A DNA stretch of 64,000 nucleotides from an uncultured Bacteroidota bacterium (lineage in GTDB: Bacteria > Bacteroidota > Bacteroidia > Bacteroidales > JAAUTT01), in contig CAVYAE010000071.1 of assembly GCA_963766305.1 (NCBI GenBank), forward strand, positions 19,054 to 83,053, in the 5' to 3' direction. The position numbers and the translations under genes are program-made. Shown piece by piece: positions 30,618 through 39,190 of this stretch (position 1 is its first letter; each line of letters opens with the position of its first letter). The notes below the pieces were generated by a model. It worked only from the letters and a program-made list of their open reading frames with translations, made no database searches and was not told where the DNA came from.

Positions 30618-31625
30618 TTAAATTGAGTTTAACATTGTTATACGTTCATTGTAATGTGTTATATAAAGTTTCTTTGTATCTTTATCAAGAAATGATTTTT
30701 TTACCAATTCCTCAACTCCTGATTGTTTATTAAGAAAAGGTTCTAGTAATTTATTAACCCTGTTTTCCTTTAAGCCAATTATCTTTCCAAATTCAATAAA
30801 ATCTTCTTTACATGGATGATGTTGGTCGTTTTTAATTCTACAGTCGGACCAATGCCACTCTTTAAATAAATCATTAGTTAAAGCAAAAAAACTTTCTTCT
30901 TCAACATGAATTCTGGTGTCCATAAGGTCGTAAGCAGGACTTAAAATATAATCGCCGTTACTTGTTTCAAGTATAGAAAAATTCTTCAAGTGAGCATCGC
31001 CATTTGAAAACAAAAAGTTGAAAACTACCAAACTATAAAATTTCTCCATTTCAATTTTCCAAGCTGCCACGTGTTGCATAATTAATTCGGCAATTTCTTC
31101 ATAAGAATAATCATATTTAAAATTAAGACCTGCATTTTCTTCTGTTTTACCTGCCAGTGATGCAAAGTCTTCTTTTCCCAATTTAACACCATTGGATACA
31201 ATATCAAAACGCCTTGTAATATATGCAGGTTCATCGTTACTAAAAAAGACTAACCCATTTTCTGCTGTAGTGATTTTATAAACCTGATTGGCTATTTGCA
31301 TGGTTACATGTTCATTAGCTGGTGCCATGTATGTTTTCTGTAACCCATGTGGTTTGGGTTTGAGAATATATGTGCCCTGTTCTTTTTCTTCAGTTAAACG
31401 AAGTCTATTTTTATCAAGTATTATCGAATACTTTTCCTGAACACCTGAAATAGAAATTCTTTTCATGTTTTGCATAAATTTTTTTTGGTCTCGCTCGTCA
31501 ATTTCAGGGGCATTATATGGTAATATGTGGCTAACCTTCCGCCCATCAAACATTCTTCGAACAAAAAGTGGGCTATACTCTGAAAATCCTTCCAATAGCA
31601 GTCCGGGGCAATTCTTTATTTCCAT
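30618..31625 (-). CDS. hipT: HipA-like Ser/Thr kinase lacking the N-terminal subdomain (HipT-type toxin)
   Basis: 335 aa; P-loop region RISISGVQEKYS, catalytic GDAHLKNFSIL, SPAYDL; N-terminal subdomain is encoded separately upstream. Confidence 0.75.
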   Translation of the reverse strand: MEIKNCPGLLLEGFSEYSPLFVRRMFDGRKVSHILPYNAPEIDERDQKKFMQNMKRISISGVQEKYSIILDKNRLRLTEEKEQGTYILKPKPHGLQKTYMAPANEHVTMQIANQVYKITTAENGLVFFSNDEPAYITRRFDIVSNGVKLGKEDFASLAGKTEENAGLNFKYDYSYEEIAELIMQHVAAWKIEMEKFYSLVVFNFLFSNGDAHLKNFSILETSNGDYILSPAYDLMDTRIHVEEESFFALTNDLFKEWHWSDCRIKNDQHHPCKEDFIEFGKIIGLKENRVNKLLEPFLNKQSGVEELVKKSFLDKDTKKLYITHYNERITMLNSI

Positions 31626-31636
31626 AGTATGAATCT

Positions 31637-31960
31637 CTAATTAATTTGCTTAACAGTTATTGCACCAATAGTATCGTATTGTGCTGTAGCCAATAACAAA
31701 CCAAAAAAATCCTTCTCATCAATTTTTAACAGTTTTGATTGGACTACCCTATTGGTTCCTTCGGAAAGCATGTTGTAAAAAAAAGGGAATAAGTGTTTGG
31801 AGGTATATTCTATTTGTTTTTTTGGTAATGTTAAGCTTATACCAGGCATTTTATTATCATTAAAATATGATACATCGTATTTAAAAACATACGAACCGCT
31901 GTCTGTTTCGAACAATATGCCAGCCAAAACTCCATTCCGGTAAATCTCAGCTTTTCTCAT
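31637..31960 (-). CDS. hipS: HipA N-terminal-subdomain-like protein (HipS-type)
   Basis: 107 aa; MRKAEIYRNGVLAGILFE...YVFKYD... resembles the N-terminal (couple_hipA) region of full-length HipA; sits between the HTH gene and the kinase. Confidence 0.7.
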   Translation of the reverse strand: MRKAEIYRNGVLAGILFETDSGSYVFKYDVSYFNDNKMPGISLTLPKKQIEYTSKHLFPFFYNMLSEGTNRVVQSKLLKIDEKDFFGLLLATAQYDTIGAITVKQIN

Positions 31961-32169
31961 TTATTTGGTTTTTTAAGTTCAAGTTTCAGTTCGAAACCTA
32001 ATACATCAGCAATCTTTTGGAGGTTACTCAAGGTAATATTTCCTTTGCCGCTTTCGAGCCTCTTTAAAGTTGCTATTCCAACTTCAGAAAGTTCTGCAAG
32101 GTAATCCTGATTTATTCCAAGGATATCCTTTCTTTCTTTGATAATCTTAATTATTTCTTCGTTTGTCAT
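31957..32169 (-). CDS. hipB: XRE-family HTH regulator (HipB-type)
   Basis: 70 aa; INQDYLAELSEVGIATLKRLESGKGNITLSNLQKIADVLG; 4-nt overlap with the next gene. Confidence 0.75.
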   Translation of the reverse strand: MTNEEIIKIIKERKDILGINQDYLAELSEVGIATLKRLESGKGNITLSNLQKIADVLGFELKLELKKPNK

Positions 32170-32188
32170 ATTATCTAAAATATGGTAG

Positions 32189-32204
32189 GTATCATTTGTG
32201 ATAC
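32189..32204. promoter_or_regulatory. palindromic operator candidate 1 (GTATCATTTGTGATAC)
   Basis: GTATCA-N4-TGATAC inverted repeat 20 nt upstream of the hipB start. Confidence 0.55.
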
Positions 32205-32248
32205 TTTTTGGTAAAGTTACTATGTTTTTACAAAAACGCGATATAATA

Positions 32249-32264
32249 GTATCATTTATGATAC
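32249..32264. promoter_or_regulatory. palindromic operator candidate 2 (GTATCATTTATGATAC)
   Basis: Same half-sites, 60 bp from site 1. Confidence 0.55.
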
Positions 32265-32309
32265 TAATTGAAATGATTAAGCGCTAAATAGCATGAAAAT
32301 GTAAGAATA

Positions 32310-32325
32310 GTATCATAAATGATAC
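32310..32325. promoter_or_regulatory. palindromic operator candidate 3 (GTATCATAAATGATAC)
   Basis: Same half-sites, 61 bp from site 2. Confidence 0.55.
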
Positions 32326-32604
32326 CGCAATGCAGCTAAATAAGTTTAAATAATTTATTGAATCATTAGAGTTTTCAACTTATAACTACTTCGATTTGAA
32401 GCCACATACAGGGCAATAATTAACCTGACTTCCGTATTCATCATTACCAGCCCAAAGCTTGCCTTCAGTATCTTCATAACAATATTTAATGGCTATGCCA
32501 TAGGCTTTATCGGGGTTGTGCAAATCGTAACGGTGTTTATCTGGTAACGAAAGGTTTACATATTTTAGTTAATCAAAGAAGTTATTTTCCATAGGTATCT
32601 GTTT

Positions 32605-32712
32605 TAAGGACAAAACTCGCCACATTTGCTGCAATACAAGCGGGCATCGTCAATAATTATTTTTACATACACCCTAAAGGTGTCGTTGCCGCATTTGTCG
32701 CAAATAACCATT
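32605..32712 (-). CDS. 35-aa CxxC...CxxC zinc-ribbon micro-ORF (possibly first piece of a decayed gene)
   Basis: MVICDKCGNDTFRVYVKIIIDDARLYCSKCGEFCP*; a second start-less frame downstream ends ...NYCPVCGFKSK*. Confidence 0.25.
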
Positions 32713-33251
32713 TCTTCCAAATAAATAAGTGAATGTTTTATTTTAAAAGTTTTAGAAGCTGATATTATTATTTTATCTTATAATAAAGGTTCTTAAATGT
32801 GTTTACAATTTTCTAACGTTTACCCTTTTATAATTCTTTGAGTTAATTCAGGAGAATTTCTTGCTAAATTACTTCCTATTTTAGCCTGTTACAGGATTAT
32901 TTTAGGACAATCTTTTTTTTAGGATAACTGAGATTAATTCCAAAATTCAAGTGGTAAAAATTTACGCATTAATGTTGGTATATTATAGACACCGCTAGTT
33001 ACCAAAATTTTTTCAAGTAGGCTATTTTACCAATTGTTATGTTTGAAATGTTAATTTATGTAATTAAGTGAAAATTAATTTATTTAATCTATTATTGTTT
33101 GGACTTTCTGTAAAAAATTATTATTATTGACAAAAAATCAATCGAAGTGTTACAGTTAACCATTCAAAGATGAGTAGAACCTGCTAAATTATTGTGTCTG
33201 TAAAATAGTTATCGTCAATATTAAAAAGAAATCTACAACTATCACAAGGTT

Positions 33252-35307
33252 ATGCCTTTAAATATTAGAATAAAAGGGAATCAAGATACTGAAGAATATA
33301 AAGACGCACTAACTCTTAAAGAAATATTTGTCAGAGATATTCCAAAAGGGATAAACGGAGATATTTTAATAATTTCAAATGCAACATTATTCGGGCAGGA
33401 GATTAAAGATATTGATTTAATAGTTTTAGGAAACTTTGAACGATATAATTTGTTTTTAGACTCAAAATCAATCAATTCAGAAAAAAAAGAATGTGAACTT
33501 AAAAACCGTAATATTTTTATTAATAATTTCTGTTTTGTAATAGAAACGAAACATCATCGTTCACAGGATGTTGTTTTGGATGGGTTGACTCTTTGTGTTA
33601 AATATAACAATAGACTTGCAGATGTCACGACTCAAAGCGAAAAGCAAAAATATTCACTAAAAAATTATTTTTGCGATAGAATAAATTCATCTCCATATAT
33701 ATGTAATTTCATCTGGCTTAGGAATGTAAGTCCAAATTCTCTGCGAGAATTAACTGGGACAGAACAGCATTTTACAATAAATAATAATTATTTATCTTCA
33801 GATTTTAATATCAAAAGGATTTTTCAACTTGCTTGTTTACAAAATTTTCCATTTACTCCTATAGATAAAAATACAAATCAAGAAAAAGGATATTCAGTCT
33901 ATAATTCTTTAAAAAAATTTAATGATAAATATGATATAAATGAAATGTATTCTATTTTTCAATTGTTTGAAAAAATTAAAAGTGGAACAGGTGATTTAAC
34001 GAGGAAAAAAATTGAATATATAACCAGAGATTTATTAAATACTCAACTATATGCTCAGGCTATTGGTCAAAAATTAGTTATTGTTAATGGAAGAGCAGGT
34101 ACTGGTAAAACAATCAAACTATTAACTATTGCTTGTAATTTAGCTATTGATAGAGGTGAGAGATGTTTGATTTTAACATATAACCATGCACTTGTAAGTG
34201 ATATTAAGCGTACTCTTGCATTAGCTGAAATTCCTAATCAAATTGACAATTATTCAATAAATATAATTACACTTCATAAATTTTTTTATGAGTTGATTCT
34301 TGGGTTTGGATTAGTTGAAGGTAAATACATCCCAGAATACCTTTCAAATTATTACCATTATATAGTAGAACTTACAAAACACATTGAAAGCGGTCTTATT
34401 GATGATAGAGACATTCAAGCGTTAATGAAAAACAGACATGATGAAGTAGCTTGGGATTATGTATTAATTGATGAATCTCAAGATTGGGATATCGTGAAAG
34501 AGATTTAATCTTCAAAATCTTTACCCACAAGAGAGTATTGATTACAGATGGAATTGACCAATTGGTGAGAACCCAATCTCATTGTAACTGGACAAAAGGA
34601 CTAAAACCTAATATTGATTTTCATTTAAAACAACCAGAAAGAAAGAGTTTAAGGCAAAAAGTAAATCTAATTAAGTTTGTTAACTCGTTTGCAAATGAAA
34701 TAGGTATTCAATGGAATATAGAACCAAAAGAAGAATTAATTGGTGGTAAAGTAATTATTTCAGTTAAACCATACAATAAAGAGTTGCACCAAAAGGAATT
34801 TTTTTATTGCAAGGAAAACGGTAATAGTCCTTATGAAATGATGTTTCTTGTACCACCTTCTCTCGTTGATAAAATAAAGTCAAGTGATGGAAAAGATGTA
34901 TTCCGCAAATTTAAGGATGAAGAAAAATTTAAACAAATGGGCATTCCGATTTGGGATGGAACAAACACAGATTTAAGAACCCAATATGTCGTTAATTTAG
35001 AAGAACATAGGGTTTTACAATACGATTCGTGCAGGGGACTTGAAGGCTGGACTGTTGTTTGTTTAGATTTGGATGAATTTGTTCGTTATAAAAAGGAAAC
35101 TTATGAGGTAATGGTAGAAGATGGTGAGTTAGCTTTGGAGACTGAAAAGAAAAAAAGAAAAGGTTTGTATATTTATGGGCATTAATTCCCTTAACAAGAG
35201 CCATTGATACATTGATAATTACTATTAATAATAGAGATAACGAAATTGGAAGTAAACTTTATAATATATATAATAAATATCCTGACTTTGTTGACTGGAT
35301 TGAATAA
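33252..35307 (+). pseudogene. NERD-like nuclease fused to SF1 (UvrD/RecD-like) helicase, Nhi-like; reading frame broken by two -1 shifts
   Basis: N-terminus DIDLIVLG...FVIETKHH (D...ExK); Walker A GRAGTGKT; motif II LIDESQDW at end of frame 1; frame 2 (34484..35185) carries DSCRGLEGW; frame 3 (35146..35307) carries LIPLTRAIDTLII (helicase motif VI); shifts at GGG 34486-34488 and A7 35150-35156. Confidence 0.65.
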
Positions 35308-35385
35308 ATAATAAAAAATACTAGCTAAAAATTGGCAGTCATTTCAGTTTGACGATATTAAGAATTAAACATTAAGTAATAAAAA

Positions 35386-36786
35386 ATGGAACTATTTTTG
35401 GATAATTTTAGAAGTTTTAAAAATCAAAATTTCAAATTTTCGAAGTTTAACATTTTAATTGGAGAGAATAGTTCTGGTAAAAGTAGTATTTTAAAGTTTT
35501 TTTTAATATTAAAGCAAAGTCTACAGAGTTTTCAAAGTAGGAGTGCAATAAATATTACGCTTCAAGGTGATTATGTAGATTTGGGAAATTATGAAGAAAT
35601 GATTTACTACCATGATTTGTCACAAACACTAACATTTTCATTTACTCTAGATTCTGATTATCCTCTGTTTTTTAAATCATATGTGACAAAAACCGAAAAG
35701 AGAAATATAAATTCAAAAAATGAAGATAATAATATTTTAGAAGTATACAGATTATTAAAAGATTATCCCACTAAAATATCTTTTTCTTTAAGTAAGGATT
35801 TAAAACAACACGACAATATTAAAACTATTATTTCGAATCCAAAATTAGGAAGTATTGAAATTGTTACAAAGTTAAATGAGAATAAAGAAATTGAAAATGT
35901 AATATCTTCAGATGCAATTTGTGATATTATATTTATAGACTTAGATAATAATAAAACTGAATACACAAATATTGAATATGAGAAGGATGCTTTTTTTTCA
36001 ATGGTTAAAGGTTATAGTTTAAATGAAAAATTTGATAAAAAATTTAGTGTAGATTTCTATCAAATAGCATATTTGTTAATAACTCAGAACTTTATTGAAC
36101 GCTTTGCCCAAAGAATTCAATTTATTAACCCGATTAATTCTGTTCCTAAAAGATTTTTATTTCGAAAAGACCCTTCTAGTAAATATATAAATTTAAATTT
36201 AGAAGAGTTGGTAAATATTTTATCCGATGAAACTCTGGATAAAATTAGTTCGGAAAAGTTAATTTCCAAAATTAATGAAGCTGTAAATTTTTTTGGTATA
36301 GCAAATGAAATAAAGATTAATAAAGACAATAAAATTCCTGTTGTTGAACTTAAAGCAAAAGTTAAAGATTTATGGAGTAATATTACAGATGTGGGTTATG
36401 GCACTTCTCTTCAACTTCCTATATTATTCCAAATAATATTATCAAACACGAAATCTGGTGGTGAAAATATATTAATTGAACAGCCTGAAGTTCATTTGCA
36501 CCCCAAACTTCAAGCACAATTTATTGAAACAATTTTAAAATTTGGTTTTAATAATAAATACTTCATTGAAACACATAGTGAACATATTGTTAGGAAACTT
36601 CAAATTATGGTTAAGAATAATATGTATGGAATTAAGCCTTCTGATATTACAATTCATTATTTTAGACGAGAAAATGAGGTTTCTCACGTAACATTTCATG
36701 AAATACTTTCTGATGGCAAATTAAATCCAAACTTTCCTTCAGGTTTTTTTGATTCTTCTTACTTATTAGCAAAGGAACTTTTATAA
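35386..36786 (+). CDS. ABC/AAA_21-type ATPase with DUF3696-like C-terminal tail, no fused nuclease domain
   Basis: Walker A GENSSGKSS, Walker B region ILIEQPEVHLHP, H-loop ETHSEHIV, tail NPNFPSGFFDSSY. Confidence 0.75.
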   Translation: MELFLDNFRSFKNQNFKFSKFNILIGENSSGKSSILKFFLILKQSLQSFQSRSAINITLQGDYVDLGNYEEMIYYHDLSQTLTFSFTLDSDYPLFFKSYVTKTEKRNINSKNEDNNILEVYRLLKDYPTKISFSLSKDLKQHDNIKTIISNPKLGSIEIVTKLNENKEIENVISSDAICDIIFIDLDNNKTEYTNIEYEKDAFFSMVKGYSLNEKFDKKFSVDFYQIAYLLITQNFIERFAQRIQFINPINSVPKRFLFRKDPSSKYINLNLEELVNILSDETLDKISSEKLISKINEAVNFFGIANEIKINKDNKIPVVELKAKVKDLWSNITDVGYGTSLQLPILFQIILSNTKSGGENILIEQPEVHLHPKLQAQFIETILKFGFNNKYFIETHSEHIVRKLQIMVKNNMYGIKPSDITIHYFRRENEVSHVTFHEILSDGKLNPNFPSGFFDSSYLLAKELL

Positions 36787-36796
36787 TTTTATTGTT

Positions 36797-37660
36797 ATGC
36801 AATTAAGTGTAGCATTGTTTTCCGACATTTTAGTTGAATACTTTAATAGTCGGAACAAATTTGACAAATCCATTATTGAATTTAATCTTCAATCAATTAT
36901 TGAGAATCCAAAAAATAAAATAATTGTAACAAAAGGTTATATTGACTTTCTTGAAACAATATTTAATAAGGAATCCCTGTATTATGACAGTTATACAAAT
37001 TTTTTTACAGAAATATTTGATAATGACCTAAAATGTGAGATACAAAAATTAACAAAAGCAGAAACTATTGAATCCGAGTTTGTAAATATGGCAAATAATT
37101 GTCAACATACAAGTATAGCAGTATCTATTAAAAACAAGGGGTTTACACTTCTAAACTATGTCTATATTGAGAATTATTATAATTGTTTGAAAACAAAACT
37201 TTTTATAGATATATTAAAGGATAGGAAACATATTTCAAGATATTCCGATTTTATTAGTAAATCTCAAATTGTAGAATTTTTCAATTCCTTGTATAATTTG
37301 CCAAGAAGAATTAATTCAGTTGTAATATTTGAAAGATATGCTAATGTTAATCATACTTATTTTGATTTTTTTAATGACCATAATATAGAAGTTAAATATT
37401 ATAAATTAAATGCATCTTTAGTAGATAGCTACGCATTAAAAAAGAAATTTAAAAAGGTAAGTCTATATAATACTTCAAATCAAGATTTGATTCATGAAAG
37501 GTCTATTATTTTTGATAATTTTGTAATAAATCTTGATGAAGACCCCTGTTATCTTGATGCAAATAGAAAAACTTGGACGATTGCTGTTGAATATTCTTCA
37601 AAAACTGTTAATGACTTAACAAATAAATGCAAAGATTTTAATAAAATGGCATGTGTATGA
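36797..37660 (+). CDS. uncharacterised 287-aa partner of the ATPase (C-terminal IHERSIIFDN motif)
   Basis: 10-nt gap after the ATPase stop; no TOPRIM, HNH or PD-(D/E)xK signature seen; H233-x-R-x4-D-N at 37493-37519. Confidence 0.5.
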   Translation: MQLSVALFSDILVEYFNSRNKFDKSIIEFNLQSIIENPKNKIIVTKGYIDFLETIFNKESLYYDSYTNFFTEIFDNDLKCEIQKLTKAETIESEFVNMANNCQHTSIAVSIKNKGFTLLNYVYIENYYNCLKTKLFIDILKDRKHISRYSDFISKSQIVEFFNSLYNLPRRINSVVIFERYANVNHTYFDFFNDHNIEVKYYKLNASLVDSYALKKKFKKVSLYNTSNQDLIHERSIIFDNFVINLDEDPCYLDANRKTWTIAVEYSSKTVNDLTNKCKDFNKMACV

Positions 37661-37699
37661 ATGACAACTTCCTAAAAAAAACATTGTTAAAAATTATTT

Positions 37700-37993
37700 C
37701 TAATTAATAAAAAACGGAATCTCAGCAATTATCGATGTTTTACCAGCATTTTTATGTAAATCCTTATCTAAATTCATCAACACAAGTTCATCCAGTTTAG
37801 TACCTAATTTCCATTGGTCTTCTGCTTGTGCCAGAATGTAACCATTGTTTACTTTGATAATGGAACGAACAACTGGATTACCATCGTCATCCTGCTCTCG
37901 CTTAATTGTACCATGAAAAGTCCTGCTGAAATCGTTCCCCGGTTTTGCCATGAACAACTCAGTCATCTGGATTTTGGATTCTTTTTTCTTCAT
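37700..37993 (-). CDS. hypothetical protein
   Basis: 97-aa ORF convergent with the ATPase pair; no motif recognised. Confidence 0.4.
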   Translation of the reverse strand: MKKKESKIQMTELFMAKPGNDFSRTFHGTIKREQDDDGNPVVRSIIKVNNGYILAQAEDQWKLGTKLDELVLMNLDKDLHKNAGKTSIIAEIPFFIN

Positions 37994-38077
37994 ATTGTAA
38001 AATAAAAATGCAAATTAATAAACAATTAGCAGTAAATTAACGCTTTAAATTAAAAAAAGTTACATAATATGGGAAAA

Positions 38078-38455
38078 TTAATAATCGAAATCCAAAAGGT
38101 CATGTGGATTAATCTCAGCTTGCATTTCATCTACAACCATTTTTTTAATGTCTTGCCAATTAAGGAATAATATTCTTTGATTATTATTCTTTATATCTAC
38201 CTTGACATTAAATACTTGATTTGTTGTACAATCCAGTAGTTCCAAAATAATGTAATAGTCCTCAACGTTAAGGTTTTGTAGTTTAACTTTGAAAAACCCT
38301 AAGGGTGTAACCATTAAAAATTCATAATCTGATTTGACCCTCTTTTCCCTTGGTGAATGAAGGAATACCTGAAGGTTGTTAAATTTATCAGAATTCCTTG
38401 ACATTCTGTATATAAGGTCATCCACAGAATCATTTTTAATCCTTATATTTTTCAT
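38078..38455 (-). CDS. hypothetical protein
   Basis: 125-aa ORF; no motif recognised. Confidence 0.4.
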   Translation of the reverse strand: MKNIRIKNDSVDDLIYRMSRNSDKFNNLQVFLHSPREKRVKSDYEFLMVTPLGFFKVKLQNLNVEDYYIILELLDCTTNQVFNVKVDIKNNNQRILFLNWQDIKKMVVDEMQAEINPHDLLDFDY

Positions 38456-38502
38456 AGCAGAAGTTGTTTAATGTATTTTCCATAAATACTCTTGAAAAAT
38501 AA

Positions 38503-38576
38503 ACTGGGGAGGGGGGGGTAAAAAAAGTACCTTCTTTCCATCCCCCAGTGGGGAGGGGTAGTCAGAGGGTTAGGGG
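38503..38576 (+). other. G-tract cluster / potential G-quadruplex plus ACTGGGG...CCCCAGT inverted repeat
   Basis: GGGGAGGGGGGGG at 38506-38518; GGGG-A-GGGG-N8-GGG-TTA-GGGG at 38550-38576; IR 38503-38509 / 38543-38549. Confidence 0.5.
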
Positions 38577-38690
38577 TGATACATGAAGAAATTCCAGACG
38601 ACCTAAATAAATTTAAATATTATCAAACCAAAAAATTTTCCACAGAAAAAAAATAATTTTAAAAATTCGGACTGGTCAGGTTTTATAGGT

Positions 38691-38754
38691 AAAAAAATTC
38701 AGGGAAAATCTTAATGGTCTGGAATTTTCAGCTTTAAAAAAATTCTGGGAAAAT
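38691..38754 (+). repeat. two 19-nt direct repeats AAAAAAATTC(A/T)GGGAAAAT, 45 bp apart
   Basis: 38691-38709 and 38736-38754 differ at one position; looser copies at ~38661 and ~38587. Confidence 0.6.
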
Positions 38755-39082
38755 TTTTATTAAAAGGATGCTAAATAAGGTTTACAACATGTTAATAAGA
38801 ACCTTACAAATTCATTAGTTTATTTTATAATACCAATGGTGGTAAAATTGTGGTGTTAAAATACTTTTGTGGTGTTATTGAAAAGGTGGTGGTGGTGGTA
38901 CTGGTGAAAAAGGTAATGGTGGGATTGTTGGTATTTACGTAATATTGGTAATATTTGTATTGATAGTTAAGATATTAATTGTGATTTTGAAATTGATAAT
39001 GTTCATGATGGTCTTTTAATAATGTTAGTATTTTAGTATTAATGTTGAAGATGATATTGAAAATACTAAAAATACATTGATA

Positions 39083-39190
39083 TTGGTGGTCTTTTTGGTG
39101 GTCTTTTGGTGGTAAATTGGTGGTAAAAAAAGTTGGTGGTTTTTATTGGTGTTGGTGTATTATAATAATGTTTGTGTATTCCAACACCAA
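39083..39190 (+). repeat. five exact TTGGTGGT repeats at 11-16 bp spacing followed by a 10-bp inverted repeat
   Basis: TTGGTGGT starts at 39083, 39095, 39106, 39117, 39133; TTGGTGTTGG 39146-39155 pairs with CCAACACCAA 39181-39190. Confidence 0.7.

Noticed and set aside
38886-39030. Gly-rich/hydrophobic peptide frame (GGGGTGEKGNGGIVGIYVILVIFVLIV...) in the GT-rich tract, possibly bacteriocin-like
   Set aside because: There is no start codon in frame, and it is bounded by a stop immediately upstream. It is explained by the GGT repeat composition.
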